Numbered from the stretch's first letter, positions 1-9,961 are shown. The stretch: 64,000 nucleotides of DNA from Acidilobaceae archaeon (GCA_038897215.1 JAWAWX010000001.1:32001-96000); one strand, 5' to 3'. A program made the numbers and translations. The notes: a model not told the origin generated them from the sequence alone.

Positions 1-710
1 GTTTCTATGAACGCTCTCCTCCTGTTAACGCAGCTCTCGCAGGACCCGTAGTGCTTCTCGAGCCCCCTGTAGCAGCTCCAAGTCTTGTAGACTAGGTCGC
101 CTACCATCTCGTAGCATGTCTTCAGGAGCTCGCTCTTCTTCAGCATAGCAGTGCTCGGAGCCCATATCTCGATGCTCCTCTTGTCTCTGAAGTGGCATAT
201 CTTCAGAGCTGACTCCACCGCTAGGAGGCACTCGAGGGGAGCAGTCCGGGTACCTGGGCTCGCCTGTATCCTCTCTAGGCGATACGTCATCGTACTAGCT
301 GCCTAGAACCACTACCGTTTTATCGCAGAGCCCCTGCTCTAGCAGAGTGTAAGCGTAAGCGACCGCTATAGTAGCCATGACTATGTTTCTAACGGGGACG
401 ACTACCGTCCTCTCGTAAGCTCTCCCAACGCTAACAGAGTCGTCTACTAGCTGAGCACCCCTCCACAGCCTCTTCATGAAAGACACGTCTAGTACAACTA
501 AGTCCTCAATAACGCCCCATCTTTTCGTAGCAGCAACCTCGTTAAGCTTGCTAACAATCTCTCTAATAGCCTCAAACTCTCTCCTAGATGCTTTCTGACC
601 GTAGTCGAAGTGCAGCACGACCGCGTTATAGCCTCACTAAGCCAGTACACTAGAGAACACACGCTATCTATACCGTCGCTAGCAACAGCCACAACCTTAA
701 CCATAACCAC
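1..710 (-). pseudogene. queC: QueC (7-cyano-7-deazaguanine synthase) pseudogene, runs off the window start
   Basis: Colinear with intact 13435..14208 across three frames. Lesions: 1-nt deletion near 633, in-frame TAG at 295-297 (Gln in the intact copy), 1-nt insertion near 235, SGGxDS changed to SDGIDS, HCGSCESC changed to HYGSCESC. Confidence 0.92.
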
Positions 711-722
711 AAATTAACACCT

Positions 723-736
723 CTATGTCTGAACTC
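723..736 (+). repeat. 14-bp direct repeat CTATGTCTGAACTC, left copy (right copy 2612..2625)
   Basis: Exact match read in the sequence; the pair brackets the AT-richer cassette. Confidence 0.8.
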
Positions 737-1280
737 ATACGTTTTTGCCTAAAGACCTTACACTATGTGAAGTCGAGACGAAGAAGTTCAGTATACTCCT
801 CGAGAACTACGTCGTGCAGAACACGGCAGCGAAGAGTTTACGATGACTTAGACTAGGACCTGGAAAAGCTAAGCATTACGGTTTTCGTTGTCTCAGGAGA
901 TGACTTAAGTCCTCGGAAAGCAAGACTCGAAGAGCAAGATGAGAGTCTAGCTTAGTATTAGGAGTCAGGTAGAAGCTAAGAAAAACAGCAAGACAATGAA
1001 TGCCGAGGATGACGTTATAGTTAGGAGTCTCTCCTGGTGCTAAAGGCTAAGTATACACCCATACACCCACCCCAAAAAAGATTTAAATAAGGCTAATTGT
1101 TTGCGTCTGGATTAATGGTGAGACTCTGCCATCTACTAGAATAGTAAAACTCTTTGAGTTATGGCGTAAGGTTTTATAACTCTTATCCGCTACAGTTTGT
1201 AACTGTGCTAGTCTTCTTAGGAGTAGACGTGACGGTTTAAGATGTAAGAAGAACCTTAAGGAGTCTATTTGGTGACAAGA

Positions 1281-1793
1281 ATGGATAAGGTTGTTAGAAT
1301 CAATGACTTAGAGGTTGTGGGAGTGAGAGATCGTGATTATTTAGAGTATTTCGCTCCACACGTTATTCTTCCGGAAAAGACAGCAGAGTTCTTCCTACTA
1401 AGTCGTAATTACCTACCTTCTTTAGATGAGGCACTCTTAATGCCTTGGCTTAGTGGCGAGTTTGAGAAATTAAAGAAAGTCGAGCAGGATCTTGAGGAGT
1501 TAGCCATGAAAGCCGATTATGGATTTAAAAGGCTTTTTGGCGACTTTTTCAGGAAAATTATCTACCCTCATATTCGGAGCATAGTTGAACAGACATCGAT
1601 GATGTTGGTGTCAGGAATGAGGACAGAAGACGTCCAGATTGAGATAGCTCGTCTACTCTTCGAAAATGTGCCCAAGCAGCCCGAAGTTATCATGACTTCG
1701 GCTCAAGCAGCAGTGATACCTCAGGTATTGCACGCCTTTTTTCGTAGGTCATCTCTCGAAATATATTTTAAACGGAATAAGAAGGTTGCTTGA
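1281..1793 (+). CDS. hypothetical protein, possibly the N-terminal half of a frameshifted nuclease gene
   Basis: ATG 1281 follows GGTGA SD; AT-richer than the host; overlaps the next ORF by 8 nt. Confidence 0.65.
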   Translation: MDKVVRINDLEVVGVRDRDYLEYFAPHVILPEKTAEFFLLSRNYLPSLDEALLMPWLSGEFEKLKKVEQDLEELAMKADYGFKRLFGDFFRKIIYPHIRSIVEQTSMMLVSGMRTEDVQIEIARLLFENVPKQPEVIMTSAQAAVIPQVLHAFFRRSSLEIYFKRNKKVA

Positions 1794-2505
1794 GGGATAT
1801 GGGCTAACTTTCACGCCAGAGTCGCTCAAGTTCATAAATGAAATCACTATAGCTTTATACAAATCAAGAATAATCCTTCCAATATTGTTTACGAGGATTT
1901 GCACTAATCCTGTAAATCCTCACCACGAGTTCATTATCTCTAACACATTAGTCTATGAAAATAAATGCAGGGCCTGTAAATTTCCCGCGATAACTTTCGG
2001 TCTATATCTGTTGACGGAGCCCTACTCATCATTCAAGATCCAACACAAAGACCTTTCCTATGTAATCTCCTCTTATATCTCAAGCAAAAGCTTCGGGATT
2101 CTTGAGTGTTATCCAGAGGTCGAGGTGAAAAAAGATTCAAGGAAAGAGCAGATCGATATCCTCATTAGGAATCTAATAACTAACAAGCTAGCCGTGGTCG
2201 AGTGTAAGGTTAAGGAGCACCCTAGGGGTTCTCATGCCAGCAGAGTGAGTATGGTGGCTCAAGACCTTAAGCAACTTGTAAGGAAGATGTGCTTCATAAA
2301 AGCCAGCTTCGGCTATTTAGTTACCAATATTCAATTCGATGACGATGATGAACGCAGAAAGGTGCTAGAAGAGGCCATAAGAAAGGTAGAGGAGGCGGAA
2401 AAACTAAACAGTGATTTATTGAATAAGGTTAAACTCTTAGGTAAAATCCAAGGTAAAAACGTCACTCTAGAGTGGGACACAATAATCAAAGATATGCAGA
2501 AATGA
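1786..2505 (+). CDS. PD-(D/E)XK restriction-endonuclease-fold protein with putative Zn ribbon
   Basis: EVEV...EQIDILI...VVECK catalytic pattern; C..HH..CxxC upstream of it. Confidence 0.7.
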   Translation: MLEGYGLTFTPESLKFINEITIALYKSRIILPILFTRICTNPVNPHHEFIISNTLVYENKCRACKFPAITFGLYLLTEPYSSFKIQHKDLSYVISSYISSKSFGILECYPEVEVKKDSRKEQIDILIRNLITNKLAVVECKVKEHPRGSHASRVSMVAQDLKQLVRKMCFIKASFGYLVTNIQFDDDDERRKVLEEAIRKVEEAEKLNSDLLNKVKLLGKIQGKNVTLEWDTIIKDMQK

Positions 2506-2611
2506 GGTAAGTTAAAGAGTTAGAGCTCATGGCTCTCAGGCAAACTTCGGAAAGGCTAATCTTAACATTGGATAAGTCTATAGCCTTTTAAGTACTAAGA
2601 GACTACAGTCC

Positions 2612-2625
2612 CTATGTCTGAACTC
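2612..2625 (+). repeat. 14-bp direct repeat CTATGTCTGAACTC, right copy
   Basis: Identical to 723..736. Confidence 0.8.
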
Positions 2626-2878
2626 TATCTGAATCTTCGACATAAAGGTTAAGTGAGCGCGTGGCGTAGAATCACTATGCCACTAAGCAGTGACAGCTTG
2701 CTCGCAGTAGCAGAAGCTGTTGGTGGGCTTTCCCCTCTCAGAAGTCCAGATCTTTCTACCGTGCTATATAGTGTCTTCGGAGAGAGATGTAGAGCGTGTT
2801 GATTTGTGTCTTCTTAATCGACTGCTAGTGACAGGGTTAGCAGAAATTCTCCATTACTTCTTAAGCCACCTATCTAAG

Positions 2879-2902
2879 CTTACGTGTTTCCTTACGTGTT
2901 TC
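2879..2902 (+). repeat. 12-bp tandem duplication (CTTACGTGTTTC)x2
   Basis: Read directly, in decayed intergenic DNA. Confidence 0.85.
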
Positions 2903-3191
2903 TCGATCGTTTCTGTCTAAGTCCCGAAGCTATTCATCTCTATACTTTATGCTTCATGGCTTTCACGCCCCCTTCCCCTCATTCTTTCTCCATTATCTGC
3001 TAAGCAGTGCTCTACAATCAGTCTAGATCCGTTGTGGAAGCAGGCTGTGAACTACTTTCATGCTGTGGGGTGCTGTAGGTCGGCTTGGCTGCCTTGTGGT
3101 ATGTGCTATCTTGGAGTATCTGATGTTCTTTCCTCTGACTTAATGGTTGTAGATATTAGGGTTGTGATATGATGAAGCTAACGGTGGTTTC

Positions 3192-3773
3192 TTGCCCTCG
3201 TGGGCGCTTCACGAGAGGTGGGCTAGGAGGCTTGGCGTGGACCCGGTTGTCGCTCGTTTTGTGAACAGGCTCATCGATAGAAATGGGGGGCTGCATGACT
3301 TCGTTGAGTGTGAGCTTGCTCGCTTGAGGCTCTCGGAGCTGGAGTGGAGAGCTGTGCTCTTGCACGGACTCATGGATTCTCTGAGGTACTTGCTGGTGGA
3401 GCTTGGGAGCGCGGTCGCGGGGGCTGTTAGGCCCGAGGACATCCTAGAGGTGGCTAGAGACGTGAGGCTCCGTCGGAATCTCGATCGTGTCTCGAGAGAG
3501 GGGGCGCTTCGCTACTCCGAGTGTGTTAACAGACTCGGGAGAGAGCTAGGCGAGCTGGTGGAAGAGCTCAGGCCTCTAGCCGGAGAGCTCGTTAGAGACA
3601 TCGCGGAGGAGGCGCGAAGAGAGGGGGCGATGAGAGACGTGGGCTGTCTCCGCGTGAGGAAGGAGTATCTGAAGCAGCTAGTGGAGAAGAACCCGGGCCT
3701 CCTAGAGGCTCCGGCTCTGCAGAAGGACCCCTACGCGCTGAGCAAGCTGCAGGAGGCTCTCAAAGACCCCTGA
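3192..3773 (+). CDS. uncharacterised helical protein, putative metal-dependent hydrolase (phospholipase C/P1-nuclease-like motif pattern)
   Basis: MPSWALH...LID...HD...HGLMD; paralogue of 14517..15111. Confidence 0.7.
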   Translation: MPSWALHERWARRLGVDPVVARFVNRLIDRNGGLHDFVECELARLRLSELEWRAVLLHGLMDSLRYLLVELGSAVAGAVRPEDILEVARDVRLRRNLDRVSREGALRYSECVNRLGRELGELVEELRPLAGELVRDIAEEARREGAMRDVGCLRVRKEYLKQLVEKNPGLLEAPALQKDPYALSKLQEALKDP

Positions 3774-4153
3774 CCACGCGGCCGGGAGGCGCCAGCGCCC
3801 GAGCGCGGGGGAGCCCTCGGGGAGCGCGCAAGCGAGCACTGCCGGAGGCTGAGAGCAGCCTAGGGGAGAGAAGTGGCCCTCGCTAGCGCTCAGCGAGCGG
3901 GGGCCTCTGCGCGGCGTTAGGCTCGCTCTCGAGCGGGTTGAGGGAGCTGGAGTGCTTCTCGACGATGAGCTCTATCTAGAGGCATGAGAACAATCGAGAA
4001 TGGGACGGGCGCGAGGCGAGAGGCATGAAGCCGGGCTCGCGTGCCCGCCTCTTCTCTCCGAGCAGGCTCCCGGCTTCCGGGTAGAGCCTGGCCGGGGCTC
4101 TGCTCTCTCGGGTCTCAGCGCGGCCAGCCTAGGGGGAGAGATGTGGTCGGGGG

Positions 4154-4232
4154 TGGCGGGCCCGCCGGGATTTGAACCCGGGGCCTCCGGCTCCGCAGGC
4201 CGGCGCTCTGGTCCTGGCTGAGCTACGGGCCC
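4154..4232 (-). tRNA. tRNA-Arg(GCG), CCA encoded
   Basis: GGGCCCG acceptor stem, CCGGC-CTGCGGA-GCCGG anticodon arm, GTTCAAATC T loop, CCA end. Confidence 0.97.
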
Positions 4233-4272
4233 TCGTTGTTCTGGAGTGCTGGGAGCGGTCTTTAGTGTTGGG

Positions 4273-5421
4273 CTACTCGTGTGTTTCGGCTTTCTCGCGT
4301 TTTACTGCTGGCTTGTAGCCGAGCTCGTGTTTCTCGAATCTCGCCGCTAGCTTTGCTAGGACTTCTGGTAGCGTTGTGTACTCCATCTCCTCGGGTCCTA
4401 GCCTGTGCGGCATGAAGGGCCCGTGTCTCCTCATGTAGTCTGTTATGATTTGAGCCTGTCTTCTGGCCTCGTCGAAGGCTGGGTCGTCGAACAGGTCTGC
4501 TGGCCCTATGAGCTCCCCGTTCTTGACCTGGAAGCCTAGAGCTACTACTCTCGGGGGCCCGTCGAATCTCGTTGGCTTAGCGTCTTTGAGGCTGACGGGC
4601 ATTAGGGGGCCGTAGTGGCTCCCCCTCATCCAGCCCGCTACGAGATGCGGGAAGGCGAAGGGCTCCAGTATCTCTCCGACTGCGGGGAAGCCGGACTGAG
4701 CTCTGACTATCATAACTGGGTCGTCCTTCCCAACGTACCTCCCCGCTATCAGGCTCAGCCTCTCGCTGCTGACGACCGCGGCTATCTCCCCGTCTTTCCT
4801 GTAGACCCTCTTGACCACGTACCTCCCAGTGGTTCCGATCAAGGCGAGAAGGTCGTAGGACTCCTCGGGGGTGCTCAGCTTCACGGACTTGCTCTCGTAG
4901 ACGTCTAGGACCTCGAACACGAAGCCCTGATGGAGCCTCGGGTCTATCACGAGACCGGCTGTGTTGAAGGGGTCGGCGAATATCTTGTAGAGCGGTAGGT
5001 TGAAAGCCCCGGGCTCGGTCTTATCAGCCATGAATACTACTATGGGCTCTGAGGGTCTCTCAGTTATCTCCATCTCAGCGACCCCCGGCCCGAGGCCTCT
5101 AACATTGCCGCTGAAAGCATCGCTCAAGAGGTCCTGGCCGGCGGCGTATAGCCCTAGGTCTCTTGCTACCTTAGCAGCCTCCTTGAAGGCGTTCCACGCT
5201 ACTTCGTGAACCTCCGGGCTATCAACGCCCCTGAAGTGAGTCATTATTAGTTGCAAGTCGTCGCCAACGTATGTGACGTAGAAGCTCTTAATGACCCCGC
5301 TCTTCCTAGCCTCTGCTAGCACTCTGCTAGCAGCCAGGATGCAGTCAGGGTGGACTCTATGGTGTCCAGCCAGGCTACCTATGTCTGCTTTTATGACGCT
5401 AATCGTGGTCTTAGTACTCAA
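4273..5421 (-). CDS. fbp: fructose-1,6-bisphosphate aldolase/phosphatase (class V)
   Basis: TISVIKADIGSLAGH, YAAGQDLL, DKTEPGAFN, YVGKDDP and MEYTTLP motifs; TTG start at 5421. Confidence 0.96.
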   Translation of the reverse strand: MSTKTTISVIKADIGSLAGHHRVHPDCILAASRVLAEARKSGVIKSFYVTYVGDDLQLIMTHFRGVDSPEVHEVAWNAFKEAAKVARDLGLYAAGQDLLSDAFSGNVRGLGPGVAEMEITERPSEPIVVFMADKTEPGAFNLPLYKIFADPFNTAGLVIDPRLHQGFVFEVLDVYESKSVKLSTPEESYDLLALIGTTGRYVVKRVYRKDGEIAAVVSSERLSLIAGRYVGKDDPVMIVRAQSGFPAVGEILEPFAFPHLVAGWMRGSHYGPLMPVSLKDAKPTRFDGPPRVVALGFQVKNGELIGPADLFDDPAFDEARRQAQIITDYMRRHGPFMPHRLGPEEMEYTTLPEVLAKLAARFEKHELGYKPAVKREKAETHE

Positions 5422-5477
5422 GCCTACCAGCCTTGGGTCTCGAGTGCCGCTCGAAGCCTTTAACTCTAGCTCCTCAC

Positions 5478-7289
5478 TCACCAGTAGTGCTGCCCTCGCG
5501 ACTTCTGGAGCCTGTCTAGGTAGCTCCCCTCCTTGTTTATCCTAGGCCTCCCAGTCGAGGGGTCCTTTCTGATCGTTATCTCTAGCTCTCTCAGCAACAT
5601 ATTCATCCCCTCCTTGACTGGAAGAGGCTTCGAAGCGACCCCCCTGACTCCGGGCTCTCCCGAGAAGACCATCACTGAGTCTGAGATGTAGTCAGCTATC
5701 ATCACGTCGTGCTCAACAACGAAGACTAGCGAGCCCCGAGTCTCAGCAAGTCTCCTGATGATCTTAGAGACAGCTATCCTCTCCTCTACATCCAGGTAGG
5801 CTGAGGGCTCGTCGAGCAGGTAGACGTCGGCTTCTCTAGCTAGAGCAGAGGCTACAGCGAGCTTCTGCAACTCGCCCCCACTGAGCTCTCTCGGACTCCT
5901 ATCGATGAGCTTGTCTAAGCCTAGCTTCTTGGTGAGCTCTAAGTAGAGCCAGGTGCCTGGCGTGACCGCCTCCGGGTTAGCGCTCTTCAAGACATCGAGA
6001 ACACTGGGCTCCCGGAAGGTCTCTGGGCTCACGTATTGAGGCTTGTAGCTAACAGAGGGCTTCTCGCCAGTGCTCCAGAACACAGAGCCCTCAGAGGGCT
6101 TGAGCTCTCCGGCTAGAGTCTTCACGAAAGTCGTCTTACCTATACCGTTCGGCCCAACAACCCCCACGACCTCTCCGGGGTGTGCCTCACCGGGTGACAC
6201 GAGGAGACTGAAGCCGTCTAGAGAGACTCTCAGCTCGCTCCACTCGACAAGTCTGGCGCCGTGCCTCGCCTCAGCTCGCTCTTGAGACTCGTGGAGTCTA
6301 AACTTGATCGGCTCCTTCCTGATCAGCACGTTCTCAGCTGGCAGGTACCCGTCTAGGTATGCGTTAACCCCCTCTCTGACACCGTAGGGCTCCGAGACGA
6401 CTCCGTAGACTCCGGGCTCTCCGTATATAGCGTGCACGACGTCGCTAACGTAGTCTAGAACTGCTAGGTCGTGCTCTACGACTAGGACGAAGCGACCGGG
6501 TCTAGCTAGGCTCCTTATGAGCCTAGCTACTCGCATTCTCTCCCTTACGTCTAGGAAGCTGCTGGGCTCGTCGAAGACGTAGAGAGTAGAGTCTTTGCAA
6601 GCGACAGCGGCCACGACTAGCTTCTGGAGCTCTCCACCACTGAGGTGCCTCACGTCTCTATCCCAGAGCTTCGTGAGACCCAGGCTTTCAGCCACCTCTC
6701 TGTAGACTCCTCTCTCGTCGGCTCTCTTCAAGAGCTCTCCCACAGTCCCCTTCACGTACCTCGGGACAACGTCGACGTGCTGTAGCTTGTACGACGCTCT
6801 TATCCTACCCTCGGATAGTAGCTTGAAGTACGCCTGGAGCTCAGTACCCCTAAACCTCCTAGCCACCTCGCTGAGGTCTGCTTCGGAGCCCACTACGCCC
6901 AGATTGGGCTTCAGCTCTCCCGCTAGGATACGGACAGCGGTAGTCTTCCCAGCCCCGTTCCTCCCAACGACCCCCACGACTAGACCGTCTTTGGGGATGG
7001 GGAGACCGTAGAGCTTGAAGCCGTTGACCCCGTATCTGTGCACTAGTCTCTCCTCGAGCTCAGCAGGCAGATTCACTATCGCCAGCGCTCCGAAGGGGCA
7101 GGACTTGACGCATATACCGCAGCCTATGCATACATCCTCGTGGACTACTGGCTGCGAGCGCGAGGCTCTATCAGCCTCGATGGCCACACCTCTCCCGCTT
7201 CTGTTTACCGGGCACATGTTGATGCACTCGTAGCTACACTTCTTGGGCTTGCACTGGTCTCTATCGACCACGGCTAGTCTGATCTTCAA
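5478..7289 (-). CDS. rli: ribosome recycling ATPase ABCE1/RLI
   Basis: N-terminal 2x[4Fe-4S] Cys motifs, YGVNGFKLY, two ABC domains with LSGGELQ. Confidence 0.97.
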   Translation of the reverse strand: MKIRLAVVDRDQCKPKKCSYECINMCPVNRSGRGVAIEADRASRSQPVVHEDVCIGCGICVKSCPFGALAIVNLPAELEERLVHRYGVNGFKLYGLPIPKDGLVVGVVGRNGAGKTTAVRILAGELKPNLGVVGSEADLSEVARRFRGTELQAYFKLLSEGRIRASYKLQHVDVVPRYVKGTVGELLKRADERGVYREVAESLGLTKLWDRDVRHLSGGELQKLVVAAVACKDSTLYVFDEPSSFLDVRERMRVARLIRSLARPGRFVLVVEHDLAVLDYVSDVVHAIYGEPGVYGVVSEPYGVREGVNAYLDGYLPAENVLIRKEPIKFRLHESQERAEARHGARLVEWSELRVSLDGFSLLVSPGEAHPGEVVGVVGPNGIGKTTFVKTLAGELKPSEGSVFWSTGEKPSVSYKPQYVSPETFREPSVLDVLKSANPEAVTPGTWLYLELTKKLGLDKLIDRSPRELSGGELQKLAVASALAREADVYLLDEPSAYLDVEERIAVSKIIRRLAETRGSLVFVVEHDVMIADYISDSVMVFSGEPGVRGVASKPLPVKEGMNMLLRELEITIRKDPSTGRPRINKEGSYLDRLQKSRGQHYW

Positions 7290-7311
7290 GAGCAGCCCCC
7301 CTCCGGAGAGC

Positions 7312-8214
7312 CTACTCGGTGGTCACCAAGACCCCGTTCTCGTCCACGTAGACAGTGTGCTCTGCTTGAGCCACGAGCCCTCCTCCGGCTTCAACTAGGA
7401 CGGGGTAGCCTCTCAGGACTCCTCTAGAGTAGAGGCTCCTGATAGCCGATAAGAGCCTCTGAGGCTCGACGCTCAGGTCGAGGAGCCAGCGGGGAGTGAA
7501 CGGTAGAGTCTTGTATCTGCTGGCTATAGTCGATAGGATGAGGTTCTCAGTCTCGTCTGCAACAATCCCCTTTCTCCCGCTGAGAGAGAATATGTTGACA
7601 ACGTTCTTCTCAACCGTGTAGCCTCTACCGTTGGTCACGAAGGGCTCCACGGCTATCAGAGTGCCTGGTGCTATCCTCACGCTGAAGAGCGCTCTGTCAG
7701 CGTGATTTGGTATAGATATTCCTGAGTGCAGGACAAACCTCCCTATGCTGTGACCCGACAGGTTCTTGATCGGCTTGAAGCCAGCTCTCCTAGCCTCACT
7801 CTCCACAGCTCTACCTATCTCGAAGACTGAGACGAACGGCTTGATCACTGATATTGCCGCCTCGAGAGCTCTCTCAGAAGCCTCCACGAGGTCCTGGTGC
7901 TCTCCCGACAAGTCTATGGTGGTAGCAGTGTCGGCTATGTGCCCGTCTACGTGAACCCCGACATCGATCTTCACGAGAGCCTTCTCTCCAACGACTACAT
8001 CGTCGTCTACGCTTGGAGTATAGTGTGCTGCCACCTCGTCGATCGAGATGTTGCAGGGGAAAGCCGGCATGCCTCCGAGCTCTACTATCATGGACTCGAG
8101 CTTCCCGCATATCTCAGAAGCTCTAGCTCCGGGCTTGACTAGCTTCTCAGCACTCCTCCTGACAGCGGCTGCTATCCGGCCGGCTTGCTTTAGCTTAGAC
8201 ACGTCGAACTCCAT
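7312..8214 (-). CDS. map: methionine aminopeptidase type II
   Basis: AFPCNIS, AAHYTP, KIDVGVHVDGHIADTA, NLSGH, QAEHT. Confidence 0.96.
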   Translation of the reverse strand: MEFDVSKLKQAGRIAAAVRRSAEKLVKPGARASEICGKLESMIVELGGMPAFPCNISIDEVAAHYTPSVDDDVVVGEKALVKIDVGVHVDGHIADTATTIDLSGEHQDLVEASERALEAAISVIKPFVSVFEIGRAVESEARRAGFKPIKNLSGHSIGRFVLHSGISIPNHADRALFSVRIAPGTLIAVEPFVTNGRGYTVEKNVVNIFSLSGRKGIVADETENLILSTIASRYKTLPFTPRWLLDLSVEPQRLLSAIRSLYSRGVLRGYPVLVEAGGGLVAQAEHTVYVDENGVLVTTE

Positions 8215-8278
8215 GACGCTCCCTTCTTAGAGCTAATTAAGAGCGAGAGACGTTATAGCTGTAGCTGGTGCTCGGAGA

Positions 8279-8977
8279 TTGGGTAGGATAACCTACTACG
8301 GGCACGCAGCCTTCCTAGTAGAGGTTGGGGGAGCGAGAGTCCTGATAGACCCCTGGATCTCGAACCCCCTCTCTCCAGTCAAGCCAAGCGATGTGGCGGA
8401 GCAAGCGGACTACATTGTGCTCACTCACTCGCACAGCGACCACGTGGGCGACACTGAGGAGATAATGGTTCTCAACGAGAGAGCTAAGCTGGTAGCAATC
8501 TACGAGCTAGCAGTACACATGGCTAGAAGAGTCGGGGAGAAGAGAGTGATCGCAGCCAACATAGGGGGCGTGGTGAGACTCGGAGACATAAGGCTAGTCT
8601 TCACGGAAGCACTACACAGTAGCGACTACGGGAGCCCAGCGGGCGTCGTGATCATATCGGAGGAAGCGAGAGTCTATCACGCTGGAGACACGGGGGTCAC
8701 GATGAACATGAGGCTCGTGGGAGAGCTCTACAAGCCAGACATAGCCCTCCTCCCGATAGGAGGGCACTTCACAATGGGCCCCCTCGAGGCGGCTAAAGCA
8801 GTGGAGCTTCTGAGGCCAAAGGTGGCTATACCGATGCACTACAAGACATTCCCCGTCCTAGAGGGGACTCCGGAGGAGTTCAGGAAGCTAGTCGAGGAGA
8901 AGTGTCTCCCAACCAAGGTAGTAGTGCTGTCTCCCGGAGAGCAGTACGAATTCGATTTTAGGCTTGGAGTCTACTAG
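8279..8977 (+). CDS. metallo-beta-lactamase-fold hydrolase (UPF0173-like)
   Basis: GHA, DPW, THSHSDH, YHAGDT, PMHY. Confidence 0.92.
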   Translation: MGRITYYGHAAFLVEVGGARVLIDPWISNPLSPVKPSDVAEQADYIVLTHSHSDHVGDTEEIMVLNERAKLVAIYELAVHMARRVGEKRVIAANIGGVVRLGDIRLVFTEALHSSDYGSPAGVVIISEEARVYHAGDTGVTMNMRLVGELYKPDIALLPIGGHFTMGPLEAAKAVELLRPKVAIPMHYKTFPVLEGTPEEFRKLVEEKCLPTKVVVLSPGEQYEFDFRLGVY

Positions 8978-8979
8978 CC

Positions 8980-9660
8980 TTGCGGGTGCAGTTCTTGGAG
9001 TACGTTGTAGAGCACTCTCCCTCGTTCTCAGTACTCAAAGTCAAGCTCAGCCCCGGAGAGTCTGTCACCGTAGAGCCTGGCTCTTACTTGCTCCACAAGG
9101 GCGAGGTCGACGTGTCGACAACAACCGGGGGCATCATGGGAGGCTTGGCTAGAGCCCTCCTAGGCGGCGAGTCTCTCTTCCTGAACACCTTCAGAGCCAG
9201 GACGCCCAGCGAGGTCTGGATAGCTCCCCACGTCCCCGGAGACATAGTAGCCGTCAGCCTAGAAGGGAGAGCTATCTACATACAGGATACCTGCTACCTA
9301 GCTCACACGGGAGACGTGAAGCTAAGCGTGGGCTGGAGAGGCTTCAAGGGCCTGGTAGCTCAGGGTGAACTCTTTTGGCTCAAGGCTGAGGGGAGGGGGG
9401 TAGTCTTCCTCAACGCATACGGGGCAGTCGACGAGATCAGGTTGCAGGCAGGAGAGAAGATAACCATAGACAACGGGCACTTCGTAGCCTTAGATGACAC
9501 CACGAGGTGGAACGTTAGAGTACTAGGGGGGCTCAAGACCCTCTTCCTCGGAGGAGAGGGGGTAGTTATAGACGTCACGGGGCCCGGGCGCGTTTGGGTC
9601 CAGTCCAGGTCTCTGCCTCCGTTCGCTTACCTCATCAGCAAGTTCATAGGGAGGAAGTAG
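8980..9660 (+). CDS. AIM24/TIGR00266 family protein
   Basis: GGESLFLNTF, DNGHFVA, GGEG..GPGRVWVQSR. Confidence 0.9.
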   Translation: MRVQFLEYVVEHSPSFSVLKVKLSPGESVTVEPGSYLLHKGEVDVSTTTGGIMGGLARALLGGESLFLNTFRARTPSEVWIAPHVPGDIVAVSLEGRAIYIQDTCYLAHTGDVKLSVGWRGFKGLVAQGELFWLKAEGRGVVFLNAYGAVDEIRLQAGEKITIDNGHFVALDDTTRWNVRVLGGLKTLFLGGEGVVIDVTGPGRVWVQSRSLPPFAYLISKFIGRK

Positions 9661-9662
9661 GA

Positions 9663-9947
9663 GTGAGAGGGATAATCTCCTGGTCGCGTTGCGAGCTCTG
9701 CGGCCGCATAGCAGAGACGTACTCCTGCACAGCTAAAGGGTCTAACGTCAGAGTGTGTGCTCTCTGCAGCATAGCTCTCGCAAGCCTCTCTCCTAGCATC
9801 AGGTGCTCTACACCCTTCACTGTGAAGAAGCCTGTGGAGAAGCCTAGACTAGAGCCGGACGCAGAGATATTGAAGAGGATCTCCTCGATAGGCTCAGAGA
9901 AGGCGAGAAAAGAGCGGAGAGAGTGGCGTAAAGCCCCAGCCTCCTAG
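9663..9947 (+). CDS. small Zn-finger protein (CxxC...CxxC)
   Basis: GTG start right after the AIM24 stop; CELC/CALC motifs and a basic tail. Confidence 0.6.
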   Translation: MRGIISWSRCELCGRIAETYSCTAKGSNVRVCALCSIALASLSPSIRCSTPFTVKKPVEKPRLEPDAEILKRISSIGSEKARKERREWRKAPAS

Positions 9948-9961
9948 ATAGAGGACCCTTC

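Noticed and set aside
1768-1774. TTTAAAC slippery heptamer near the ORF1/ORF2 overlap
   Set aside because: It is not phased in the ORF1 frame, and ORF2 is +1 relative to ORF1, so a -1 programmed frameshift would not join them.
4000-4221. ORF antisense to tRNA-Arg (likewise 48044..48349 over tRNA-His)
   Set aside because: Shadow ORFs of GC-rich tRNA genes.
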